A stretch of DNA of 64,000 bases from Trichoplax adhaerens (taxonomy: Eukaryota > Animalia > Placozoa). A model generated the notes under the pieces. It did no database searches and was not told the DNA's origin. It saw nothing but the letters and a program-made list of their open reading frames with translations. The translations under genes and the position numbers were made by a program. Numbering within the stretch: position 1 is the first letter of the stretch; each line of letters starts with the position of its first letter. The stretch covers positions 12,042,522 to 12,106,521 of the forward strand of contig NW_002060943.1 of assembly GCF_000150275.1 (NCBI RefSeq), given 5' to 3'. Below are positions 52,701 to 64,000 of this stretch, in pieces.

Positions 52701-54674
52701 CTAAAATTTAATTATTTTTTTTAATCGCTAAAATTTCAATGGCATAAAATGTCTAAAATTCCATTAATACAAGTTGTGCTGAAATGCAAAGATTTCAATT
52801 TTCTACTTCCGGTTAATCTATTTAAAAGGAACATTTTCTTATAAGTAGTGTCATAGCTTCATCAAGTCTCATACATTGCTTAAATTTTAATAGCTTAATA
52901 TCATAGCTTTAGATCTCTATCGGTATAAGTTGTGGCGAAATATGAAAATTTCGTTCTGCATTTATAATTATAATTGTGATAATTTCTAATATTTCTTTGT
53001 TGATATCTAATTTAAAAGGGTGAATATTATTTAAAAAGGTATTAAATTCTTTAGTTCTCTCTTTTCAAATATGAATATGTTTAATATGCAATGTAAATCA
53101 ATCTTTCTATACTAGATAACTCTTGGCATGATTAATTAAGAAAAGGATCTTATTTCCTTTAGCTGTTGAAGACTTGCTATCATACAGTCGTCGTTCGATG
53201 TACCGTAAATTTTAAGGAAACGTGGATATATAGAAAAAATACTATAATTTTCGATGCTATCTATAACTTGTTCTCAGTAATGATTTAATGCAACTCTTTG
53301 AATTGTAGAGAAAAATAATCTCGTCAGTTTAGGTAAATGTAAGCTATTAGGGAAATGTTTTCCTTATTCTCTATATGCGATAAACGGCCATTGTGGTTTA
53401 GTTTTTATTTCCTGCCCATTCTGCGATGCATCATTTGTCATAAATAAATACTATCATGGGAACTTATATCTGAAAATTATAATCGGCTAGTCGACAACAG
53501 ACCAAAGAACGATCACAAAAGTCTTCGGCTAAACTTCCTTCAAATCTTTACTTAGTCTTGACGACCAAGATCAAAAAGGATGCATTCCAGAATTAGCAGC
53601 GGGTTTTACTTACTCTCGTACGGTTAGCTTCGGTGCATATAAAAAAAATTATGATTATATAAAATCATATGTATCTGTATGCGAACTGTCAATACGATTC
53701 AGTAAGGTAGACGGTTTACGTAATCCTAATGAGCTTCGAACTAATATTATAACACTTAATTAGCTAATTATAATAATGAAATTTGACACAGTGCAATAAC
53801 AGAGTGTAATTAATTGCATTTAAGTATTATCATAAGATAAAAATTTACTATTAAATCAACTATAACTCCAATCAAGTGTGAAAGAAATACAGTTACTTTC
53901 ATTGTTATCATGACTACTTAGTTTATGTCCGAAATTTATCCTGTTGTGATACAGTGATCTTCAAATAAATAAATCAAGAACCCCAATTTCTTGTAAACTA
54001 CACTTTATTACATAAGTTAGGTTCGCCTAACTTCTACCAATACCTGTCCTCAATGAAAAGGTGCTAAGCTAGTTTATAGTCAATTTAGAAGTAACATTAA
54101 ATTACTGCTGTAGAAATAAGTATTGTTGAATAGGTTTAGACGTTAATTTTTCCTTCTTCAAGTATACGTACGAGTATATTAGTGCATCAAAAACGTACTT
54201 TTAATGTGAAGTTAAGGATCTCTGTTCCTTTTACATTTGTAGGTTATTTTGCATAGGTAAATAGTCCTTGATAAAACTGTTGCTTTCATGTGAATAGAAA
54301 ATCAAACTCAGCTTGAATGTACTATTTAATTTTTATTTATTTACCGATGCATTAATTAAAGAACATTGAACAATATCCAATTATCTATGAAACCAATAAT
54401 AAATGACGACTAAATCGATAATAAGATTTGGTTCTAAGGGCCTACTGACAAGCCGACCAGGTTAGCTAAATGAAGCGTAGTATAAGCCAATAAAGTATAA
54501 AATACAGATTATAGATTAATACCTATTAGTAGCGTTTTCCACGAAATACTAACAATCGATATAGCTCTATTGGTGAAATTTTACCATTTTACTGATTAAT
54601 GGCTTACATGGGCAACTTACGACGGATACCTTAGGCTAAATAAACGTACCATCATTTCACCATAACAAAAAAAT

Positions 54675-57600
54675 TTACTTATATTCATCTTGAACAAATT
54701 TCGCGATAGTGTTCAGCATTATATTGCTTGTACCCTCATAGATAACTCCTAAAAGTAATAATCAATCAGTTATTGCATGAGTCGTAAGGATTGATCTAAA
54801 GTCTCAGTAATTACGCAAGCAAAGACTAACTAATTCGTTATGTCATGATACGATTTACGTCTCCTTATGACAATTTTCTGCTACATTCCAACAATGGACT
54901 GATTATTATCTAATACATAACTACAGCTACTCCATATACCTGGGATAGAGTCCCTCAGTAACTTTTCTACAGGAGCATCCTTCATGTAGCCTAGTGCTCC
55001 AAGCCATTTGATACCGCTCAGACCAACCTGTACAGCCAGCTAATAATTTTTTTGGAAAAATAGTGAAACTATTAATTTAAAGGTATTTTTGCGCAAAAAT
55101 CTAACTTGTTAAAAGTACTTCTAGCTTAATTTAACGACAACTATACCTCGGTAGAATAATATTTAGCTATTGCTGCTTCTTTAGCATAAGGTTTGTTGCT
55201 ATCCTTAAGTCTTGCTGCATTATATACGAGTAAACGAGCCGCTTCTATCTTTGTACATGCTTCAGCTATTTGGTGTTGCATTGCCTATTCATTCCATTTT
55301 ATAGAACAATAATCGGCTGGTATAAGTTGATATTATACGTATATCAGGTAAATATCTAGTTTTATGTAAAAGCATCTACAGTATAAATGATTCTATTTCA
55401 GCTTATGCCGAAATTTTTTTACCTGAAAATCAAACAATCGCTTCCCGAATTGTTTTCTTTCCATAGTATATGGTACAACGTAATCCATAACGCCTTGAGA
55501 AGCCCCTAACATCTATTGGAGAAAATTTGTGCTTGTAAGTTGCAACATATTAACAAGTAACAACAGCTCCAGGTGCTAGGTTCGTGTTAAAGCTATGTCG
55601 TTGTAAATGAATCGTATGGCTTTGCTGACATCATGAATATGGTTAATTTACCTGAGCGCCTATTCCGATTCTCCCTTCATTCAGCATACTAGCAGCAATC
55701 TTGTAGCCAAGACCAATTCCCCCAATGACATTACTAGCCGGAACCTGTTTCAATAATGACAAATTTAACGAATGGGCTAATAAAATGATATACGCAATAA
55801 AAATACAATGTTATACTTTACCCTAACGTCTTCAAAGATTACAGGACAGTTCGCAGCTGCATGTTGGCCAAGCTTTGTAAAAAGATAATAGTTTTAGTAT
55901 TAGTTTATTCCATAGGATGGTAACATTTTTAGAATATTGTGCAAAATGTTAGTCAATGCCGTAAGAATAAAAATATATCATTATGCCTGCAATAAGACGT
56001 ATTAAAAGAAAAATGGCATTATTCAAGGTGTAGTATACAAATTTATACATCCCTACTTTCTTTTCTCTTTGTGATACGGTTACTCCAGGCGTACTAGCGT
56101 CAACAATAAAGCAAGTAATTCCTTTATAGCCCTATGCCGGAAATTAAACATTAAAATATATTTTACAGGGCATAATTTGTCATGGAAGTTTTCCATACCA
56201 ATGGTGCTATTAATTAATTAACAAATAAAAGCACCTACAATTGTAATCCTGAACTTTTAGGTTGCATTACAAACTAAACTGCTTACGTCAATGACTACAT
56301 GTTATTTTTAAATCAAAATAATAACGTATATTATCGAATTTCGACATTACTTGATCAGGTGCGGCATTGGCCATAACAAACATTAAACCAGCAATGTCCG
56401 CATTAGTGATCCATAATTTGGTGCCATTAATGACATAATCATTTCCATCACGTACAGCACGCGTTTGCATAGCAAATGCATCGCTACCGGAACCTTGTTC
56501 AGAAAGACAAAAACAGCCCACCTAATAGTATAGCATAGGTTATACAGTATAGTATTAATATCGTTTCTAAATAGTGAACTGATATAATATTGTTATGCCG
56601 ATATATCTTAGAAAGGTTAAACCTTGCATTAAAGTTTATTTGAGTATCGGACTAAATAACTAAGGTGTTGGACCGATTAGTGCATCGAAAATTATCCTTC
56701 CTTCTTTTACGCCTTAGTTTTGCAAAGCGATGATAAAGGACTATTACTGCATGGCATAATCATGCCTCTAATGCATTAGAAAGACAGCAACTGTAGTCAA
56801 TTGCCAACCAACTAGTCATTAGCTGTTCTATTTCGCTTTTCTGTTCGTTAAAACACTAAAGAGAATACATGTATTACTTTTTAGAATCGGTATCATTCCT
56901 AACACTAATAGTTATACGTATCGATAATTAATATATTAGGAAGAATAGATTAGCAGATAGCCCTTAGCAGATGATCATTCCTAACATTAATAGTAATACG
57001 TATCGATAACTAATATATTAGGAAGAATTGATTAGCAGATAGCCCTTAGTAGATGATCATTCCTAACAATAATAGTAATACGTATCGATAACTAATATAT
57101 TAGGAAGAAGTGATTAGCAGATAGCCCTTAGCAGATAATCAATCCTAGCAATGATAGTAATAAGTATTGATAATGAACATATTAGGAAGAATTGATTAGC
57201 AGATAGCTCTTAGCAGATGATTTATAAAGGTCATGGCATACTGTAGTTGAATGTCGAAAACTGCATTAATTAAAAAAAGGCTCCTTCAGTGAATAGGAAA
57301 ATACGATTCCTACATGAGAGTTTCTACTTAATCCCTAATGATTTTCTTACGAGTGCAATATTTTGGCCGATGTTAAAGTCTAGCCTACCGCTTTTATTCT
57401 TTTATCAAGTCACATATTGATTTTTCATGTCAAAGCTTATTCTAATTCTATTCTTCAAAGAAGCGACATACCGTTGACGTCGATAATTTGGTTAGATATT
57501 TCTTCTTTTGCTCTTCATTAAAATAATCCAAGGCAATGCCAAGGACTAAAGTATTTTGGACGTCAAGCATACCACTGATACCAGGATCATGTTTTCCTAA

Positions 57601-58370
57601 TTCCTCAATAATTAGGGTGGCATTAAAAAGACTGCCTCCAGGACCGCCATACTCTAGAGGTGATCGTACACTCATCCACTAAGATAAGATAACCATTGGA
57701 GTTGATTAGTTTTATATTACACGAAAGAAATGCAACTAAACCATGGGTCAATCGACATTGAATACATCGTATGCACAAGTATAAGTTTTTCTATCTGATA
57801 TCCATCATCTCATTTCCTTGTTGATGATCGTTCTTGCTTTAATACGACCATGGGTACAAATTAGTAACGCCATTAGAGAACTACGAGCGTATATCGATTA
57901 CATACTATCACCTACGAGTCGATAACATATATGAATTAATTCGCTTATCTGAAATGTACCCCTTGGTCGAATAATTCTTGGATGAGATCCATTGGAACCA
58001 TTTCGTTACGTTCAAATTCTCTGGTTCTCGGGGCGATTTTATCTTTGCTATAACGGGCAACTACATGTGTTGTATAACAAGCGAGATATTAACGGATCGG
58101 TGTTAATATTGCGTACGTGAAGATGAAGTCATTTTCCAAGTAAGAAATTTATTGTATCTGTATTTACTAATACGAGGACTGAAAATGACTTGAATATGTC
58201 ATACGATCCCTACCGGCATCCTTAAGCATTTGCTCATCTTCCGACAGCTGCGTTAGAGGTGCAGCTGAGAAAAGACGTTGTTGACGTACCATCTTGCCAG
58301 GATGGCTTAGCCGTCTACTTTGACGGAATAAACCACTCGCTAATCGTCTCGATACTAAATGAGATGTCAT
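54675..58370 (-). CDS. ACADSB: Short/branched-chain acyl-CoA dehydrogenase, mitochondrial (ACADSB-like), 11 exons, 418 aa
   Basis: Exons (minus): 58370-58214, 58060-57960, 57678-57472, 56521-56351, 56131-56057, 55872-55822, 55744-55652, 55512-55423, 55284-55147, 55039-54940, 54748-54675. All GT-AG, 1257 nt in frame. Arg-rich transit peptide. Motifs [60 protein letters not shown], catalytic IYEGTSNI. Confidence 0.93.
56892..57220. repeat. Minisatellite, 4 x 82 bp, in ACADSB intron 3
   Basis: Units start at 56892, 56974, 57056 and 57138 (atcattcctaaca.taatagt.atacgtatcgataa.taatatattaggaagaa..gattagcagatagcccttag.agatg). Confidence 0.95.
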
Positions 58371-59067
58371 GATAGTCCGATGCTGGTATGTTTCAGTCCA
58401 GTTTAAAATGAAACTACAGTAGAAAAGGTAAGTAGATGAAAGCAATCAATAAGTTATATGTTACAATCCATGCTAAAATGGCATACGACTGAACACGGGA
58501 TAGACAGTCAACAACTTTAGTATTAAGCATTGAACAAGGTCATCCATCCCATCTTAAGGCAGGCATGGCCTAACCCATTTGGATCGTAGCGACCCTATTG
58601 TACAATATCGGATTCTGATCCACTTGTTTCAGTTTTTGTTTGACTGACCTAAATTGCTCTGGCTTAAGTAGCACTTCCAAGGAGGCCAAAAGGAAAGGAA
58701 TAGAAAGATCTAAGTAGACTCGTCAGCGTTGTAATAATCGGTTCTACAGTTGAACTTTTGCTTCTTAATTTTTGACTAGTGCGCTATCACGACTACTGAA
58801 GGTCAAGTTAGGCTGGAGTTTGCGAGAACAGATTGTTTATTTATTGACATAGAGTAGTTCTGTTATAGTATACACTATACAGTACGGTATGGGAGGAGCT
58901 GCTGTGCTTTTCTTTTCCAAGCATTTGCGATGGAGCATTGCATTCTATATACAGTAATTCATTATTAGCAAATCGATTAGTGGTATTATTTCTTTAGCCA
59001 GTTGTTGTATACTGTAGGTAACCTCATGGTGCATAGTGCAATAGACTAGATGTTATTACGATGTTGG

Positions 59068-59605
59068 AGCACATTCAGTTTGCATCATGTTGCGTGCTAA
59101 GAAATGAGATAGGTGTACAGTAATTTGACTCATTTGATTGCAATCTGTATTGAAGGCATTCCAGCTTGAACCCATTCTGTTTAGACTACAACAGCCTCTT
59201 TGTGGAAGCTTCAAATTTGCAATAATCCACAGAAGGTAGAAACCTGTTTGTCATGGGATATATTGCAAATGGTGGACGACCAACGTATCCAAAAGTTATT
59301 GCCAACTCTATCTATCGAGAGTGATGGAAGTCAGCACATTCAGCTCGCATCATGTTGCGTGCTAAGAAACTAAGAAATGAGATAGGAGTACAGTAATTTG
59401 ACTCAATTGATTGCAATCTGTATTGAAGGCATTCCAGCTTGAACCCATTCTGTTTAGACTACAACAGCCTCTTTGTGGAAGCTTCAAATTTGCAATAATC
59501 CACAGAAGGTAGAAACCTGTTTGTCATGGGATATATTGCAAATGGTGGACGATCAACGTATCCAAAAGTTGTTGCCAACTCTATCTATCAAGAGTGGTGG
59601 AAGTC
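59068..59605. repeat. Near-identical tandem duplication (265 bp + 273 bp)
   Basis: 59068-59332 is repeated at 59333-59605 with a few substitutions and an 8-bp insertion (ctaagaaa). Confidence 0.95.
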
Positions 59606-59840
59606 ATCAGCTATAACAATGTTGTAATTAGTACGGTACTGATAATCAGTTTTAAGTAACTATTGTGTAGCGGATTCGATTAACTCATTTGACATACAAA
59701 AATTCATACGCATACAAAACAACATTACATTTCATCTTGAGAACGATAGAGAGGTCAATGAGCTGTAGTAAGACAATTAATACCTAATATACAGTAGATA
59801 TTAGCTGTACCAAGACAGTTAATATCTGATATCAACAACT

Positions 59841-60072
59841 AATACCTAATATACGTCGCCATAACTATTGTTATTACTATCGTGGACTGAAGTCGGGTAG
59901 ATGTAACTTAATATAGTATATATTGTAAGGTATACTCGTATATCAAATATTTGGATACCTAATATAGATTGCAATAACTATTGTTATTACTATCGTGAAT
60001 TAATGTTATATAGATGTAACTTAATATAGTAGATACTGTATTTTAAGATAGACTGTACTTGTATATCAAATA
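59841..60072. repeat. Diverged two-copy tandem repeat, ~115 bp period
   Basis: atacctaatata...ataactattgttattactatcgtg...tagatgtaacttaatatagta...gtatatcaaata occurs twice. Confidence 0.85.
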
Positions 60073-60184
60073 CTCAAATCGTTTCCATCCATAAATCCAA
60101 GTGGAAGAGAAACAGTATAAAAGTAAGCGCGCTCGGCGGAGTGGGTGGCCTAGGTGCGGTGATGTACAGTGTTGGAAAAACCTC

Positions 60185-60386
60185 TACGGTACCGTACTGT
60201 ACAGTACAATAAGTAATAGTACTGTAAGTATCGATGCAATTCTGTATGGAACACTTCCTATACTGTACACTGTACAGTACTGTACACTGTACTGTACAGT
60301 ACTGTACTGTAGAAGAACAGAGTACTGTACAGTACAGTATATGACACTGTACTGTACGGTACTGTACTGTAATCTACAGTACGGTA
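60185..60386. repeat. Degenerate (ACAGT/ACTGT)n pentanucleotide microsatellite with units in both orientations
   Basis: tactgtacactgtacagtactgtacactgtactgtacagtactgtactgta... It generates the spurious overlapping ORFs 60101, 60184 and 60258. The same motif recurs at ~63030-63066, 63336-63428 and 63710-63875. Confidence 0.9.
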
Positions 60387-60406
60387 GCCATCTTTGCCAG
60401 ATCGAT

Positions 60407-60416
60407 ATGACGTCAT
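60407..60416. promoter_or_regulatory. Palindromic CRE/ATF-type element (ATGACGTCAT) upstream of the GRHPR-like gene; AP-1-like TGACTCA at 60484-60490
   Basis: Exact consensus ~105 bp upstream of ATG 60521. Function not shown. Confidence 0.4.
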
Positions 60417-60520
60417 TTCGGTCCATCGAGGAACTTTTGGTAGTTTCGTTCTAGTGTCCGACACAACATCATCAGCGTAGGATTGACTCATTCATCGGAG
60501 AACTCATCTTGTCTTTCATC

Positions 60521-61181
60521 ATGGATGCCAAAATTTTGATTACTACCAAATTACCTGAAGGACCTAAGCAACATTTTCTCAATTTGAGGTCAGTTCTATT
60601 GATACATTCCAGTGCCGTTCTACATAGAGGTCAGAAAAAAAAAACATACCATGACAAATACTGTGGCATTGTGCATGAAAAACAATACATTGCAATATTA
60701 TTGACCAGTCATGGCGGCCATTTTATGTTGTTAAACCTCAATGACGATCAAGGCGATGTAGTCGATGTATTTGAATAATCCTAACGATCCAATCGAACGG
60801 GGATTCTCGTTAAGACACTGTCAATTCATTGTATTATTGTAGTGATGAGGTCAAGATACGAGATAGCGATGGCGTTACTCCAAAGGAAGAGCTACTTCAA
60901 CAAGTGGTTGGATGCGTTGGCTTAGTTTGTTCTTATAAGGATGTGATCGATGTCGATGTACTCAATGCTGCAGGTATGCAATGCTAGCCAAGCTTGTTGC
61001 TTGAATGAAAATCGTAGCAAATGATTTCTGTTCCTTCGGATTATGTCATGTTTCTAATAGCATCCTAGAAGTGCCTAGCTTTGTTTTGATTACAACATTC
61101 TTCTCCAGGTCCCAAACTCAAAGTGATCTGCACCATTTCTGTGGGTTATGATCATATTGACGTTGAGGAGTGTAAAAAGAG
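60521..61181 (+). CDS. GRHPR: Glyoxylate/hydroxypyruvate reductase-like (D-2-hydroxyacid dehydrogenase), exons 1-3 only
   Basis: Exons 60521-60588, 60843-60973 and 61109-61181 (GT-AG, in frame): MDAKILITTKLPEGPKQHFLNLSDEVKIRDSDGVTPKEELLQQVVGCVGLVCSYKDVIDVDVLNAAGPKLKVICTISVGYDHIDVEECKKR. The remainder is not visible; a gap follows. Confidence 0.88.
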
Positions 61182-61496
61182 GTACGCGATAATATTGCAT
61201 TCCAATGTTTTAATACCAGATTACTTTATGTCCAAATCAGGGAAATTAGTCCATGTTTTGTTCAAAAAATCACTATGCTGCAGTACAGTACTGGCAGTAC
61301 TTTAGAGGAAGGTAGGTTAGCTAAAACTAGCATAGCCCACTGTCTGTTTATTCATCAATTGAAATAGTAAGTCGATAACGCAGGCAAGATTAAGATACGG
61401 GCCCATACGGCCAGTAGGCTATCGAAATAAAGAAACAGCGATAGAAACTAAAACTCCAAAGACTAATTTGTGATAGGATAACAATTTCACTATTAG

Positions 61497-61546
61497 NNNN
61501 NNNNNNNNNNNNNNNNNNNNNNNNNNNNNNNNNNNNNNNNNNNNNN
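61497..61546. other. Assembly gap (50 N)
   Basis: Run of N. The round length suggests a placeholder of unknown true size. Confidence 0.99.
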
Positions 61547-62185
61547 TTTGATTATGTCGTTAATTAATTATAGTTATTGAATCAAATACGAAAAAATCAC
61601 CAACAGCAACAATTATTGGACTACCGTCATTACTTCAGACATACCGAGCATTCATGTAGGACGGTCAACACAGCATAAGCCCTAGAATTGCTGCTCTGAC
61701 AGTTAACATGAAGCATAGAGTAACTAATAGCTATAGATAACTTGAAGATTATTGAACGATAATAATTTATAATATGAACATGTAGTACAGGGCTCGAAAT
61801 AGCGTAATCGATTGCAGAAAGTCGCTAAGTGATATATCAAAATGTAAGATTGACACTGTATGTGCGAGATTGTAGATTAACTGAAATCAGGAGATTGTGT
61901 TAAGTGCGTATCCGTGTTAATAGTTACAGTAAATATTATAGCTTTAATTAAGAATATCTTATTTAGATGATTGGACATCAGAGATTATGCAAGTAATTTA
62001 ATACTAGATTAATCAGAAGTTATAGATGTAAGCAGGGTTTCATCATGATATACATGAGCGGGAAATTTCTTCTCCCAGAGTTAGTTAGTCTTGTTCTTGG
62101 TTGAAGAAGTAGTTTATATAATAAAGTGAACTTAATAAGTTATGGGATTTCAATCATTTCTGATTTTGAGACACTTGTCACATAC

Positions 62186-62314
62186 CAGCAAAATTGAAAT
62201 CCCTGATCTTGTCCTCCATAGCATTACATGCAGCGGCAAGGTAATTACGTAATATCAAACGTGATGTACTGTACTGTAGAAAGAACACTGGATGTGATAT
62301 AATGGATTCCTTGT
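62186..62314 (-). other. Candidate orphan coding exon of an unidentified gene or pseudogene
   Basis: aatacag| ... |gtatgt, 129 nt, phase 1-1, open: KESIISHPVFFLQYSTSRLILRNYLAAACNAMEDKIRDFNFA. The adjacent exon-like stretch 62392-62549 contains stops. Confidence 0.3.
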
Positions 62315-63070
62315 CTGTATTTTAAATTTAATTTAAATTGAAAGTATAAATAGATTAATTCAAGACAACTAGTTGTTTTGCATTATGTTACTTGAATTGC
62401 ACTTTGATTCTGCGCCCGAGGTCATAATATTTTATTCAAAGCTTTTACAGGGGTTACATAATCCCTCCCATTTTTGTCGTTTCTTTCCCCTCCAAGGCGC
62501 GGAGCTTTAATTTACTTTATACACCATACTGCTTGTGCTGATATTTCAACTGACATTTCAGAAAGTAAGTGCAGTATGACTCAGCACACAGAATAGCTAT
62601 GCTATTTAGGAAATCCAGAATGATACCACTGCTTTGTAGTAATATTTTGAAAGTTGCTAAGATTAGTGCAGTATCTATGATACAGAATGCCTACCTACAT
62701 ATATAAGGATCATCGGGAGGAAACTGTATGGTTAGGACAGGGACTCTTCAGACAGACGGATATTTTCAAAAATCTCGAAAAATTGACTTACTTACAGTAG
62801 AAAACAGTAGTTCTTGTGCATCTACTTTTCTTAATCATTGAGCATAATTGTAATTTAAGAACATTCATGACTTTATTTAACTGTTTTGAAGCAGATGTTG
62901 ATAAAATAGAATAGATTCGATTTCAATTGAATATTACTTAATTTAGAAAAAACAAGCGAATTACAGAATCGAGCAACCGCTCATGGACATTATCACAAAT
63001 AGAAGTGTTTGGAACAGCATTATATGGTCCTGTACTGTACACTGTACACTGTACAGTGTACTGTACGGTA

Positions 63071-63332
63071 GGCCCAGCAATAATAACCCCTAATACTCAG
63101 ATACTCAGCGTAAATAGCTTAAACGATGATACATTATTCTAAGAGTAGGAAGATTTACGTAAGTCAGAAAAAGTTTTTAGACGGTAGTACCTAACTTTCA
63201 TTGCGTTGGTGCAACGTCTTACTCTTTGAATACTCGCATGAAATTTGAGGTACAGACTCTTAGAATAATACATCATCGTTTAAGCTATTTACGCGGAGTA
63301 TCTGAGTAATCGGGATTATTATGGCTGGGGCC
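63071..63332. mobile_element. MITE-like non-autonomous DNA element with ~75 bp terminal inverted repeats and TA flanks
   Basis: Left arm 63071-63146 (ggcccagcaataataacccctaatactcagatactcagcgtaaatagcttaaacgatgatacattattctaagagt) is the near-perfect reverse complement of 63256-63332. TA at 63069-63070 and 63333-63334. No ORF. Confidence 0.85.
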
Positions 63333-64000
63333 TACTATACACTATACAGTACACTGTATAGTATACATGAGGTCGTAATGTCCGACTGTCCGAACAGTGT
63401 CCATCATATACTGTACTGTACTCTACAGCAACATTAGTTTCGTATCAGATATTTTAGTAGATATTGCCATAAACTACTGTATTCGCACGTTAATTTTAGT
63501 TTCATTTTTTCCCAGTTAAAGTATCTAAAATGAAATTAAAAGGCGCTGTACAATTCTATATTGTACTCCATGCACTGTCAGGGTCCTCTCGATAATAAAG
63601 TAACTGAAAGAGATATTGTGCAGTATACTGTACTCTAGATGTAAAGCAGATTGCTGTCTTGTATACTAATGTATATAGTATACAGTAGTCATAGAGTTAC
63701 TTCTGTCTTACGGTACAGTATACAGTACTGTAACAAATTCCAAATTTCTGCAACGTACTGTACGGTACAGTGCTGTACAATGTCTCTATCAATTATAAAT
63801 TTCTATACTATATACAGTATTGTACAGTCCGCAGTGGAATTGTAGGACAATGTAAAGACTGTACCTACAGTACTATTGTTATTATACTGTAGTTTTGGGC
63901 TCAATGATAAAACTTGATTTGGCAGCCCTCTTAATAATTTACCTGCACACACTAATATTATTATTCTGCCTTTATTTTACTTCTGTACACTTTCATAGGA

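Noticed and set aside
56892-57220. Regularly spaced palindromic repeats resembling a CRISPR array
   Set aside because: No unique spacers, whole 82-bp units repeat, eukaryotic intron, no cas genes.
60114-60182. GC-rich patch after TATAAAAG with an A-box-like TGGCCTAGGTGCGG (tRNA or small RNA candidate)
   Set aside because: No B-box or cloverleaf could be built; too short to support a call.
60101-60491. Three overlapping ORFs rich in Y/S/T/V/C/Q (60101+, 60184-, 60258-) and the similar ORF 63651+
   Set aside because: They are translations of the ACAGT/ACTGT microsatellite.

Overview
AT-rich eukaryotic genomic DNA with GT-AG introns and one 50-N assembly gap. The compact intron-rich genes, ACAGT-type microsatellites, a TA-flanked MITE, and clusters of intronless rhodopsin-class GPCRs and 42-aa TPR ORFs suggest a placozoan such as Trichoplax (inference, not tested). 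The right end holds two conserved metabolic genes head-to-head: an 11-exon ACADSB-like gene (minus, 54675-58370) and the first three exons of a GRHPR-like gene (plus, 60521-61181, then the gap). An exon of a second ACADSB paralog sits at the left edge (1-64, minus), so a ~54 kb accessory island lies between two ACADSB copies. The island contains two intact and three decayed class-A GPCR copies, four co-oriented TPR loci (one a pseudogene), and many duplicated intergenic segments that translate as decayed leucine-rich repeats. Main result: two ORF-track entries (TPR 35020-36657 and Roc-COR 32432-34501) join by hand, through in-frame phase-1 GT-AG junctions, with small linker exons and an unlisted CARD-like exon (30658-30977). 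The product is one ~1400-aa TPR-Roc-COR-CARD Roco protein with a sensor/NTPase/death-fold layout like NLRs and Apaf-1. The two upstream TPR exons also end in phase-1 donors, so they could be alternative sensor exons for a shared Roc-COR-CARD module (hypothesis). All gene models were built by eye; no searches were run.
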